This document shows positions 18,675 to 28,380 of a stretch of DNA of 64,000 nucleotides, in pieces. Each line of letters begins with the position of its first letter. The stretch's first letter is position 1. The translations under genes and the position numbers were made by a program. This stretch comes from Planctomycetota bacterium (GTDB lineage: Bacteria; Planctomycetota; SZUA-567; H5-PLA8). The notes below the pieces were generated by a model. The model did not search any database, was not told the DNA's origin, and worked only from the letters and a program-made list of their open reading frames with translations. Where the stretch lies: assembly GCA_045863855.1 (NCBI GenBank), contig BTVV01000006.1, positions 53,321 to 117,320 of the forward strand, given 5' to 3'.

Positions 18675-19547
18675 ATGGACCTCAACCAGTTACGCTACTT
18701 CATCGAAGTGGCCAAAATCCGAAATTTCACCCGAGCCGCAAAGAATTGCCACGTGGCCCAACCGGCGCTCAGCCAGCAAATCCGTAAGCTGGAAGCTCAA
18801 CTGAACTTAAAGCTTCTCAAACGGTTGCCTCGCGGTGCGGAATTGACGCGCGAAGGCGAGGTCTTTCTGCCTTACGCCGAACAGGTGCTCAGTGCGCTGA
18901 ACGAGGCGCAAGGCGTTGCCGAAGAACTCCGCGGAGCCAGCCGCGGCGTCGTGCGCATCGTCACGCTGCCCAGCGCGTGCGTTTACGTGCTTCCGCCTAA
19001 AATCGCCGCGTTCAAACGCGACCACCCGCGCGTGGACATCGTACTCGAAGAGACGGTGAGCGCGAATATCCCCAACCTGGTTTTGAGCGGCGGCTTCGAT
19101 CTGGGCGTCACCCAAGCGCTCGCACCGATTCCGCGCATGCGCCGCGCGCTGATTCAGCGCGAGGATCTCCTGCTAGCCGTAGGCGAGAACCACCCGCTCG
19201 CCGCGCGCCAGGAACTGAAACTCGCCGAGGCTTCCGGCGAGACGTTCGTCGTGACCAAAAAGGACACCGAGTTCCGGCACTTGGCCGAAGACTTGTGCCG
19301 CCGCGCAGGATTTGAAATGGGCACCGCGTTCGAGGCCGACCACTTCGATTCGATCCAGGCGTACTGCGCCGTGGGCATCGGCGTGGGGTTGATTCCGCGT
19401 TCGGTGATCCTGACGACGCTGGAGCCCGCGCCGCACTACTTGCGCATTACGCATCCGAAGGCGCAGCGGCATCTGTGGCTGGTCTGGCCGGAAGCGGGTC
19501 TGCAGAACAAGGCCGCCCAAGCGATCATGCCGTATTTGACGCAATAG
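18675..19547 (+). CDS. LysR family transcriptional regulator
   Basis: MDLNQLRYF..NFTRAA..VAQPALSQQIRKLE..LTREG. Confidence 0.95.
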   Translation: MDLNQLRYFIEVAKIRNFTRAAKNCHVAQPALSQQIRKLEAQLNLKLLKRLPRGAELTREGEVFLPYAEQVLSALNEAQGVAEELRGASRGVVRIVTLPSACVYVLPPKIAAFKRDHPRVDIVLEETVSANIPNLVLSGGFDLGVTQALAPIPRMRRALIQREDLLLAVGENHPLAARQELKLAEASGETFVVTKKDTEFRHLAEDLCRRAGFEMGTAFEADHFDSIQAYCAVGIGVGLIPRSVILTTLEPAPHYLRITHPKAQRHLWLVWPEAGLQNKAAQAIMPYLTQ

Positions 19548-19559
19548 GGTAGGCCGCGC

Positions 19560-21593
19560 TTACTTAAAAAGCTGCACGCCTTCGGTGGTGGTGACCACCA
19601 GCCGTCCGGGCAGGATGGCGATGCCGCCGCGGACAATCTCGCCTTGCTGCACAAGGCTGAACGCGTCTTCGGCAAGCGTCTCGCCGGCGCGATCCAGGGC
19701 CGGATCGAACTTGAAGCGCGTCACCCCGGCGTGGGCTCCGGCGTAAAGATAACCGCGTCCGTCGAGCGCCATAGCCGTCACGGCGCTGGTTCCGCGCAGC
19801 GAGGCGGCGGCGCCCTTGGGCAGGCTGAGCCGGTTACCGAGCGCAAGCACGCCATTCCCCAGCGGCCACGTGGAAACCGAACCGCCGCCGGAGGCTTCCA
19901 GCTTGCCGTCCGGCCCCCAGCTCGCGAGGCCCCCGTCGGGCGCACTCAGCCACACGCCGCCGTCCGTCCGTGCCACCGGCGGCCAGAACAGGCCCTGCGC
20001 GGCGCTCCAGCGCGTTTCGCGCACGAGCTTCCCGTCGGGGCTCAGCCGCACCACACGGCCGGCGCGGCTCGCGACTACGATCTGCCCATCGTACAGCACG
20101 CACGCCGGCGCTTGCAGATCGGTCACGCCTTCGGCGGCGTACGACCAGCGTTCGCGCCCGTCGCGCTCGTCGAGCGCCGCGACGCGCTGGAAAGTGCTCG
20201 CCAGCAACGTGCCGTCCGGCGCGCAGGCCAAGGCATAGACCGAGCTGCCTACGTCGGCGCTCCAGGCCACGCGTTCGGTCTCGGGATCCCAGGCGATCAC
20301 GTTGGATCCGGTCATCTTCGAGACGCCCACGACGACCAACCCGCGGGGCGTGACCACCGGGGGATGATGCTGCCCGTGCCCGTGGATCGCCTCGCCGCAG
20401 GGTTCCCAAGCCGGCCGCGCCGCGTTCAGGTCCAGCCGGAAGAGGCGGCTGCGTTCGGAATCCGCGCGCCGCAGGATGAAGATGCGCCCGCGCGCGTCGG
20501 CCACCGCCGGCGCATACTGCCCCGCTTCGGTGCTCTCGGATTTGGGGTACGCGTAGAACGCATCGGCGGCCAGCGCGAGCGGTCCGGAAAGGGGACTGAC
20601 GCCGTCGTGCCCCGGCGAACCGCCCACTTGCGACCATGGCGCGGCCAGCGCCGAAGCCGTGGACTGTTCGCTTGGCGCAACGTCCGTCCAGCGCGCGCCT
20701 ACGGCGCGCGGATCCACCGGTTTGACGTCGAAGCCCGGATCGATCTCCTGCCCGCCGCGTGCTTCGGCGCTGCGCGCATCCGTATGGCGCCGCACGTGTC
20801 CTTCCACGACGCGCACGAACGGACCGTTCTCGGCCAACGCCACTTCAAAGCGGGTGCCCAGCGCTTCCACGGTGCTGCCGTCTTCCAGAGCCACGGTGAA
20901 GCGCTCGCGGCCGGGGGCGACCTGGATCAGTACGCGGCCCTGCAGCAGCTTCACGTTGCGCGAGGCGAGGCCTTCGAGCACACCGTGCGGGCTCAGCCAT
21001 AAGCGCGAGCCGTCGTCCAGGGCCACCCAAGCCTGAGTTTCACCGGCTTGCAGGCGCTGCCCCACGGCCCAGCTGCCGCGCTCCGTCTTGACATCCGCGC
21101 CGGAGACTTGCGCCGCCTTTGCGTCGTAACGGCCCAAAGGCGCCGCGGGCGCTTGAGCCACCGGCGTTGGGGGCGTTCTCCCACCGAGTACGAACGAGAG
21201 GCTAATGGCGAATAGCAACATCGCCGCCGCCGCCGCGCACCAACCCAGCCAGCGCACGCGCTGGGCTCGAGCCTCGGCGCGAATGCGGGCTTGGCGCGTC
21301 TGAGTGTCGGCGGCTTTGAGGCGTTTGGCGGCGGCTGTGGCCGTCGCGGTGCTGGGCGCGGGGCGCGCGGCCACGCGTTCGCGGACCTTCAACGTCATCG
21401 CTTCGTCGTGCCAGTTGCTCTCGACGACCCGGCTGATGCGCTGCGTTGCGGCGCGGAGCGCCTCGTAGTCGGCCTGCCACGCCGGATCGGATGCGAGGCG
21501 CTGCTCCACCGCCGCGCGCTGCTCGCCTTCCAGCTCGCCGTCGACATACATCGAAAGCAGCAGGTCGCGTTCGTCCTCCCGCAGTACCATCAT
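19560..21593 (-). CDS. Anti-sigma factor: N-terminal ASD, TM, FecR domain, PQQ-like beta-propeller
   Basis: LLSMYVDGEL; TM; VEALGTRFEV..VRVVEGHV; WSQVGGSPGHDG and ALDERDGRERW repeats. Confidence 0.8.
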   Translation of the reverse strand: MMVLREDERDLLLSMYVDGELEGEQRAAVEQRLASDPAWQADYEALRAATQRISRVVESNWHDEAMTLKVRERVAARPAPSTATATAAAKRLKAADTQTRQARIRAEARAQRVRWLGWCAAAAAMLLFAISLSFVLGGRTPPTPVAQAPAAPLGRYDAKAAQVSGADVKTERGSWAVGQRLQAGETQAWVALDDGSRLWLSPHGVLEGLASRNVKLLQGRVLIQVAPGRERFTVALEDGSTVEALGTRFEVALAENGPFVRVVEGHVRRHTDARSAEARGGQEIDPGFDVKPVDPRAVGARWTDVAPSEQSTASALAAPWSQVGGSPGHDGVSPLSGPLALAADAFYAYPKSESTEAGQYAPAVADARGRIFILRRADSERSRLFRLDLNAARPAWEPCGEAIHGHGQHHPPVVTPRGLVVVGVSKMTGSNVIAWDPETERVAWSADVGSSVYALACAPDGTLLASTFQRVAALDERDGRERWSYAAEGVTDLQAPACVLYDGQIVVASRAGRVVRLSPDGKLVRETRWSAAQGLFWPPVARTDGGVWLSAPDGGLASWGPDGKLEASGGGSVSTWPLGNGVLALGNRLSLPKGAAASLRGTSAVTAMALDGRGYLYAGAHAGVTRFKFDPALDRAGETLAEDAFSLVQQGEIVRGGIAILPGRLVVTTTEGVQLFK

Positions 21594-22453
21594 GGCGCTT
21601 CAGACTCCTCGATCGCGCCGGCCTGCGGCACTTGGTGCTTGGTCAATTTTCGTTCGAGCATCTTGCGCACGCGGGAAAGCTTTTCGCCCACCGCCGAGAC
21701 CGTCATGCCCAACCGGTCGGCGATCTCTTTGTAGGAAAGCCCCTCGATGTGTTTCAGCTCGATGATCTCGCGGTAATCGTCGCGCAGGTCGCGCAGCGCT
21801 TCGAGCACCTGGACGTCGTCCTCGCGGTCTTCCAACTTCTCGATCTGCAGTCCGCGGGTCTGGCGCTGCGCCTCGAAGCCCTGTTCTTTCATGGACTCCA
21901 GGCTCATCGTCTCTTTTTTGCCGCGCAGATGGTCCAGCGCCGTGCGCTGAACAATGGTCATCAGCCACGCGCCAAAGCGGTCAGGATTGTCGATCTGAGG
22001 GATCGAATCATAGGCTTTCACGAAGGCTTCCTGCGTGATGTCCTCGGCGGCTTGGAAGTCGCGCACGATGGCCACCGCGCGGTTGCGCGCGGCGTTTTGG
22101 TAGCGTTCGACCAGTTCGTTGAAGGCATCGAGGTCGCCTTCCAGGCACTTCACGACCAACTCGCCGTCGTTGGAACGCAAATACGGCCCCACTCGCAGCC
22201 TGCGAGTAGTGGCGCGCACCTTGTAAACTTTGCGATCGAACGGCCGGTCGTCCATAAGCGGCACCACCGGTTGTACGGCGCGAGGCGCAGGCCCCCCGCG
22301 GCGCGGGCGTGGCCGAGAATCCCTACTGTACGGACGAGGTCCAGCCGATGCCAGTGACCGACGGACTAGCGGTAATCGTACCCCGCCGTCCAACGGCTCC
22401 ATCCCAGTACGGCTGGGACGTTCTCGGTTTGCGCTGGGGGTGCGCTCGGACAA
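21590..22453 (-). CDS. ECF sigma-70 factor
   Basis: DAFNELVERY, AEDITQEAFVKAY, FGAWL, EGLSYKEIA; start uncertain (TTG 22453 with AAGGAG, or ATG 22255). Confidence 0.92.
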   Translation of the reverse strand: MSERTPSANRERPSRTGMEPLDGGVRLPLVRRSLASAGPRPYSRDSRPRPRRGGPAPRAVQPVVPLMDDRPFDRKVYKVRATTRRLRVGPYLRSNDGELVVKCLEGDLDAFNELVERYQNAARNRAVAIVRDFQAAEDITQEAFVKAYDSIPQIDNPDRFGAWLMTIVQRTALDHLRGKKETMSLESMKEQGFEAQRQTRGLQIEKLEDREDDVQVLEALRDLRDDYREIIELKHIEGLSYKEIADRLGMTVSAVGEKLSRVRKMLERKLTKHQVPQAGAIEESEAP

Positions 22454-22595
22454 GAGGCCACTCTCCTTCCATTTAGATGATGGACGAGGCGGTCGCCGAG
22501 CGTCTTAGCGAGGATCGGGGAACCGCTGGCTCTGGCTATCCTTTAAGGGTATGCTCCTGTTCAACCGGCCGTTAGGACCTTGTGAGGATGCTTGA

Positions 22596-23021
22596 GTGAA
22601 GCGGGGCTTCGTGGTTTTGGCACTTGTCGGCCTGATGGCTTTGGCTGCGTGTTCGGCTAAGTTGCCTAATATGGACGAGGTGCTCGATCATCCGTTGATC
22701 GACCGTCGCATCGAAGAGACGCCGCGGATGCGCGCCGTGCGCGAGTGCAAAGCCGAAGTCGATCGATTTCGGGTCGATTGCCGCTTCTGCCACCAGAAGG
22801 ATTCGGAAGCCGATATCGTCGCCCCCGACAAACTGCTGCTCACCGATTCCGGCCGCCGTGCTCGGATCATGCGTCACAGCCCGACCTTTGGGCTTCACAA
22901 CCAGTGCAGCAAGTGCCACCTGAGCAAGTTTAATCTGAACCAGTACGCGCAGGAACTCTTTGGGCCGCAGAGCGAGCGCTTCAAGGAAATGCAGGAAGAG
23001 CTGAACGCGCCGGTTAAGTAG
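22596..23021 (+). CDS. Diheme c-type cytochrome lipoprotein
   Basis: Lipobox LAAC; CRFCH and CSKCH. Confidence 0.75.
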   Translation: MKRGFVVLALVGLMALAACSAKLPNMDEVLDHPLIDRRIEETPRMRAVRECKAEVDRFRVDCRFCHQKDSEADIVAPDKLLLTDSGRRARIMRHSPTFGLHNQCSKCHLSKFNLNQYAQELFGPQSERFKEMQEELNAPVK

Positions 23022-23898
23022 TTTCGTCCGGCGAACCGCGCGCGGCCAGACGCGCGTGCATGCATTTGATCGCCTCGTCCACGGCCGTATCCATTTCAGG
23101 TTCCTGCAGACTGTCGAAGCGCCGGAAGGGCAGATTCTGCTGCTGGATGTAGGCGTTATAGGCGGCGCGCATGACGGCTTGCAGGTTCACCGCATCGGCC
23201 AGATTATAGCGCGCCAAGCCTTCCAGCGCGTCCATCCGGCCGCGCGTTTTGTAAAGCGCCCACATTTTGACCGCGTCGTAACCGGTGAAGCGCCGGATCG
23301 GTTCGGGCCGCAACAGTCCGATGGCTTCTTCGATCTTCTTCAGTCCGCCGGTGAGGCCCACCACGCGCGTGAGCGGGCGCAGGTCCAGGTGCGCGCCCGG
23401 GAAGAACCCTTTTCCGAAGCGGCCTTCGAGGTACGGCAGGTCGAAACTCTTGCCATTAAAAGTGCACAGCACCTTGTAGCGGCAGAGATACTCGGGCAGT
23501 TCGAGCATGTCCTCGCCGCGCAGAAAGACGCGCGCTTCGCGGCCGTCCCAGGTGCCCACGACGGTGGTTCCGCCGGGGGCGTCTTCGTCGAGCGGGATCT
23601 CGTCGGCGCGCGAGCCGTCCGTCTCGATATCGAGGTAGACCGTCCGGCCGTCGTCGAAATCGGCCGCGAGCCGCCAGGCATGGCTGGGTCCGAGCAGTTC
23701 CTCGAACCAGCGCGCGTCACCCAGGCGCAGGCGTTCGCGGGATTCGCCGAGCAGCGTTTCGAAGGTGTCGGGCGGCGCTTCTTCGAAGAGGTCGCGCTGC
23801 CCCAGCCAATCGTCCCAACACGAGACGCCACCATCCCAGAGCGTGCGCTCGCGCTGCGGTCCGATGCTCGGCAGATGTAAGAAGGTTCGCGTCAGCAC
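23014..23898 (-). CDS. RNase H-like exonuclease (YprB/RNase_H_2 type)
   Basis: YLDIETDG, TFNGKSFDLPYL, HLDL, GGLKKIE, YNLAD; start likely GTG 23898. Confidence 0.88.
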   Translation of the reverse strand: MLTRTFLHLPSIGPQRERTLWDGGVSCWDDWLGQRDLFEEAPPDTFETLLGESRERLRLGDARWFEELLGPSHAWRLAADFDDGRTVYLDIETDGSRADEIPLDEDAPGGTTVVGTWDGREARVFLRGEDMLELPEYLCRYKVLCTFNGKSFDLPYLEGRFGKGFFPGAHLDLRPLTRVVGLTGGLKKIEEAIGLLRPEPIRRFTGYDAVKMWALYKTRGRMDALEGLARYNLADAVNLQAVMRAAYNAYIQQQNLPFRRFDSLQEPEMDTAVDEAIKCMHARLAARGSPDETT

Positions 23899-23929
23899 GG
23901 TCTCGTCCAACGGTTCGGGGTCGCGGCCA

Positions 23930-24592
23930 TCAGGCGCGGATGCCCACGCACTTTTTCCACAACAGGCCGACGTCGTCGGTGAAGCCGGCATGCAAAATCG
24001 CCGCGCCGGTTACGGAAAAAACGGTGCGGTCTTCGGCGGCGAATACGTCCGCTTGCGCCAGTCCCGGCCAAGCGGCGCAGAAAGCATTCACTGCGGCCGT
24101 CGCGTCGTCGGTATGATCGGTGGGGGCGGGCTTGTTCGTAACGAACGCTTCCCAAAGCAGCAGGCCCTTCGCCGCTTCGTGAAACTCCTGCGGATCGAGG
24201 TAGATCTCCGGCGCGCGCCAGTTCTTCAGAAGCATCAGCTCTTTGATGCGCTGCAACGTCCAGGCGATCTCGGAGAGCCCCGCCGCCAGCGATGCCGCGC
24301 CCGCGCCGGCAGACCAAGGCCGGTTGCCTTCGCCTTTGCGCGCCTTCGTGAGCATGAAATGATCGGTATCGACGGGTACGAAAGTGGGGCACTCGAAACC
24401 CAGCGCGACCTTGGACCCTTTGCCCAGTTCGGCGACGACGGCTTCGGCCAGTTCCGCCGGGTAGTGGCCCCGTGGGGGCGTTTCATCGACGACGCCGGCG
24501 CGCCGGCCGGCCCAGCCGAAGCGGTTGCGCGATTCCTTCGGATCGATGCGCCCGATGTCGGCGCAGAAGACGGAGATCTCGATGGCGCTCAT
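23930..24592 (-). CDS. Hypothetical protein, predicted RNase H-fold nuclease (DUF429-like)
   Basis: CADIG, ALGFECP, LWEAFV, HTDDA acidic motifs; ATG overlaps the gltX stop. Confidence 0.55.
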   Translation of the reverse strand: MSAIEISVFCADIGRIDPKESRNRFGWAGRRAGVVDETPPRGHYPAELAEAVVAELGKGSKVALGFECPTFVPVDTDHFMLTKARKGEGNRPWSAGAGAASLAAGLSEIAWTLQRIKELMLLKNWRAPEIYLDPQEFHEAAKGLLLWEAFVTNKPAPTDHTDDATAAVNAFCAAWPGLAQADVFAAEDRTVFSVTGAAILHAGFTDDVGLLWKKCVGIRA

Positions 24593-26103
24593 GGAGTCGG
24601 CGCACTCTTGCGGGCCAGCAGCGCGTCGATGCGCTTGAGCGCTTCGGGTTTGCCCACCAGCGCCAGCGTGTCGTGAATCGGCGGCGAGACGGCTGTGCCG
24701 GAGAGCGCCACGCGCAGCGGTTGCGCTACGTTCGCGAACTTCGCGCCTTTCTGCTCGGCGTACGCGTTCAACGCCTGCTCCAGCGCCGCGCCGGACCAGT
24801 CGGCATGCTTGTCGAGCAGTTCGCGGACTGCTTCGAGGTGCGCCCAGCCGTCGCCTTTGTCGAGCCACTTCTTGACGGCCTTGTCATCGTACCCGGCCGG
24901 GGCTTCGAAGAAGAGGCGCAGGTTCTCGGCCAGCGCGTAAAGCGTGCGGCTGCGCTCCTGCTCCAAGGCCAGGATCTTGCTCAGCCAGACCGGATCCGTG
25001 CCGGACAGATCGTAATGGCGCTTCAGGAAAGGCTCCGTGCGCGCGAGCAGGTCGTTCGGCGCCAGCTTTTTGATGTACTCCCCGTTCATCCATTCGAGTT
25101 TCGTGCCGGGGAGCGCGGCGTGCAGCCAGTCGAGCCGCTCGTTGTAGTCGCTCCCTTCGGGCAGATCGGCCTGCCGCTTGAGCGTGAACTGCGCGGGCGA
25201 GAGCTTGATGCGGTCGAGGCTGAACGCGGCGATCATTTCCTCCAGAGTCATGACCTCCCGGTCGTCGCCGGGGCTCCAGCCCAGGAGCGCCAGGAAATTA
25301 AAAAGCGCCTCGGGGAGGATGCCGCACTTTTGGTATATGGTCACTGCCACGGGATCGCGGCGCTTGCTGATCTTCTGGCCCTTGTCGTTGTGGATCATCG
25401 GCAGGTGCGCGAAGACCGGGAGCGGCGCGTTGAGCGCCTCGAAGAGGCGGATCTGCTTCGGCGTATTGGCGAGATGGTCTTCGCCGCGGATGATGTGGCT
25501 GATCTTCATGTCGATGTCGTCGACGACGGTGGCGAAGTTGTACGTGGGGGTCCCGTCCGCTCGCAGTATCACGTAATCCTCGAGCAACTCGGCGGGGCGG
25601 CGGTACTCTTTCCAGACCGCGTCGTGCAGGACGACTTCCTGCGGTTCGCCGGGGTGTATCTTGAAGTACAGCGCCGGCTCGGGATCGGATGCGGCCTGCG
25701 CGCGGTCCTCGTCCCATTTGCCGGCCTTCTTGAGCTTCTCGATTTTCCACTCGGGCAAATCCTTCGCGGCGTCCTTTTTCATCCAGTACGCGCGGCCGCT
25801 TGCCTCAAGCTGTTTGGCGACTTCCTTGTAGCGCTCGAAGCGCTGCGACTGGAAGTAGGGTCCGTACGCGCCGCCGACTTCCGGACCTTCGTCCCACGAG
25901 AGGCCGGCCCACTTCATGCCGTCCAGAATGACCTGCACCGCTTCGTCCTGGTGGCGTTTGATGTCCGTATCGTCGATGCGCAGCACGAAAACGCCGCCTT
26001 GCTGGCGCGCAAAGAGCCAATTAAAGATCGCCGTACGCACCCCGCCGACATGCAGATAGCCGGTGGGACTGGGCGCGAAACGGACGCGAACGGGGGCAGC
26101 CAT
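24589..26103 (-). CDS. gltX: Glutamate--tRNA ligase
   Basis: RFAPSPTGYLHVGG, RIDDTD, IRGEDH, KISKR, PLRVAL. Confidence 0.95.
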   Translation of the reverse strand: MAAPVRVRFAPSPTGYLHVGGVRTAIFNWLFARQQGGVFVLRIDDTDIKRHQDEAVQVILDGMKWAGLSWDEGPEVGGAYGPYFQSQRFERYKEVAKQLEASGRAYWMKKDAAKDLPEWKIEKLKKAGKWDEDRAQAASDPEPALYFKIHPGEPQEVVLHDAVWKEYRRPAELLEDYVILRADGTPTYNFATVVDDIDMKISHIIRGEDHLANTPKQIRLFEALNAPLPVFAHLPMIHNDKGQKISKRRDPVAVTIYQKCGILPEALFNFLALLGWSPGDDREVMTLEEMIAAFSLDRIKLSPAQFTLKRQADLPEGSDYNERLDWLHAALPGTKLEWMNGEYIKKLAPNDLLARTEPFLKRHYDLSGTDPVWLSKILALEQERSRTLYALAENLRLFFEAPAGYDDKAVKKWLDKGDGWAHLEAVRELLDKHADWSGAALEQALNAYAEQKGAKFANVAQPLRVALSGTAVSPPIHDTLALVGKPEALKRIDALLARKSAPTP

Positions 26104-26288
26104 GAAAGCTCCTTACTTGAAGCAAGACACCATGCTCCATTCTGACTCAGAGAGGCTCGGATTTCCAGCCACGGGCCCATTCGGATTACGTGCAATGGCC
26201 GCGACCTGTCGTGGCACAGAAAACCTCGTGTCGTCTTCGCTGAACAGGGAGGTCTTGCGTTTCGCTCCGCCGGAGTAACGCGGGCGAT

Positions 26289-27149
26289 TCAGGTCGATTC
26301 GCGCTTGGCTTTAATCCAGCCGGCCCATTGCAGCTTGTCGCGGATGATCTCGTAGCGCCCGCGCCGGCCCAGCGTGACGATGTTAAATTCGTGCGGCGAG
26401 CGCCCGATCGTCACGCGCGTGCCGCTCTTGAGGCTCACGCTGACCTGCCCGTCCATCACCAGTTCGACGGGAGAACCGTTGCGGGTTTCGGGGGCGATCT
26501 CGAGCTTCTCGTCGCCGGCCAGGACGATGGGGCGGCTTGCCAGCGTGTGCGCGCAGACCGGGACGACGATCAGAGCCTTGAGCCGTTCGGACAGGATGGG
26601 ACCGCCAGCGGAGAGACTGTACCCCGTCGAGCCCGTGGCGCTGCTGACGATCAGGCCGTCGCCTTTGTAATTTGCGACGGGCTCGCCCGAAACCGAGACG
26701 CCGACGGTCATCATGGCTGCTTTGGGCAGGCGCAGAAGCACCGCATCGTTTAGCGCCTGGAGCGTTTGCTTTTGCCCGGTTCGTCCGCGCCGTGCGAACG
26801 TGGCTTGGAGCATCATGCGAGGCGAGAGCACATATTCGCCTTTCAGTACTCGCGGCAAGACTTGCTTCAATTCGTCGTGCTGAACCTCGGCCATGAAACC
26901 GAGCTGCCCCATATTGACGCCCAGGACGGGGATGGGATTGCCGGCCAGGCGGCGCGCGACGGAGAGCATGGTACCGTCGCCTCCGAAGACGAGCATGAGA
27001 TCGGCATCCACGCGGCGCAGGTCCTGCCCGTCCTCTCGGTCGATGCCGACGACGTGGGCCATGCGCCGCAGCCACGGCAAGGCCGCGCGCAGCGCCGCGC
27101 CCGTCTCCTTCTTGCGTTTGGTATACGCCACCAGAAAGATGCGCTTCAT
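26289..27149 (-). CDS. nadK: NAD kinase
   Basis: GGDGT, GVNMGQLGF, ALND, GDGLIVSSATGSTGYSLSAGGP. Confidence 0.93.
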   Translation of the reverse strand: MKRIFLVAYTKRKKETGAALRAALPWLRRMAHVVGIDREDGQDLRRVDADLMLVFGGDGTMLSVARRLAGNPIPVLGVNMGQLGFMAEVQHDELKQVLPRVLKGEYVLSPRMMLQATFARRGRTGQKQTLQALNDAVLLRLPKAAMMTVGVSVSGEPVANYKGDGLIVSSATGSTGYSLSAGGPILSERLKALIVVPVCAHTLASRPIVLAGDEKLEIAPETRNGSPVELVMDGQVSVSLKSGTRVTIGRSPHEFNIVTLGRRGRYEIIRDKLQWAGWIKAKREST

Positions 27150-27215
27150 GATGCGCCCAGTCTGTCCCCAGTCGGCGGTGCTGGCAAGGTCAGGCGAGCG
27201 GAAGGATGTGTGCGG

Positions 27216-28367
27216 TCACGGTTTGAAGGCGGGCAAAAGCGCAAGGTCGCAGGGATAAATCGTGAACGGCGTACGGCTGCAGAAGACCAGCCACGCGCCG
27301 TCCTTTTTCTCGCAGACCCAGGGGTAGCAGAAGCCGTGCTTGCCATCTTCGGCCAGCGTCCGTGGATCGCTCCAGGTTTTTCCGCCGTCGGCGCTGGTCA
27401 TGAGGGCCAGGCGTTGGCGAGGGCCGTAGGGCATTTTGGCGGCCTTGGCCAGTGCTTCCCGCGCGGCCTTCTCGCCTTTGCCGGCGATGGGATTCCAGAG
27501 CAGCGCGATACGCCCGTCCGGCAGTCTCTTCAGGTACGGCGGCGCGGCAAAGGACTCGATGGCGGTAGGCGCAAGTACGCTCCAAGTTATACCGCCGTCG
27601 GTCGATCGCGATTCGTACAGGACGCCCGTGATGCTGCGCGCGAGCATTAAGACCGAACCGTCGGGACATTCGGCCAGCGCGGGTTCGTGAATCAACAGAG
27701 GCTGCGGGTCGATCTGGCGCGTTTCCATCTCATGCTTGGCGTGGCCCAAGGGTTCGGTGAGCGTTCAGGTGACCCCCTCGTCGTCGCTGCGCGCCACGAG
27801 CGTTTCGCGGTCTTTGGCATTGCCGATGGTGACGGACGACGCGCGGTGCGCAGCCATCAAGATGCGGCCGCTGGAGAGGCGGATCGACCGGTCGTTCGCG
27901 CCGCCGGCGTCGAAAAGCTTTCGCCGCTCGGTCCATGTCTTGCCGTCGTCCGCACTCTCGATCGCATGTTTGACGTTGGAGTGCCCTTCGCGCATGCGCA
28001 CGCTGAAAGACAGCATAAGGCCTTTCTTTACCGGCACGAATCCGGCCTGCATGATGTTCCGGGTGGCGGCGCCCACCGGGAGGGGCTGCGCTTCGGACCA
28101 AGTCGCTCCGCCGTCGGAGGATTCGGAGAGCACCAGCGTGGCCGGCCCGTTGTCGCCCAAGGTCCCGCAGCGGTCTTTGTGCCCGTCGAATCGGCTCCAA
28201 ACCAGCAGAATGCGGCCATCGGGTAATTCGACCGCCGAGCCTTCGCTGTGCCGATAGTGCGTGGCGTCGCAAGCCGCGAGTATGCGCATGCCGTCTGCGT
28301 CGCCCGCATGAACCCCGCCTGCGGGCAGGAACAGATTCAACAACAAGAAGAAAAAGAGGCCGCGCAT
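27216..28367 (-). pseudogene. Secreted BNR/Asp-box sialidase-family protein interrupted by one in-frame TGA
   Basis: ORFs 27765-28367 and 27216-27749 share a frame; Asp-boxes SSDGGATW, SADDGKTW, SDDEGVT*, STDGGITW, SADGGKTW; CYP motif. Confidence 0.8.
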
Positions 28368-28380
28368 GGTCCTCTGTCCT

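Noticed and set aside
18675..19547. oxyR assignment
   Set aside because: Peroxidatic Cys equivalent is absent
26104..26288. T-box or other leader upstream of gltX
   Set aside because: No T-box consensus or terminator/antiterminator pair seen
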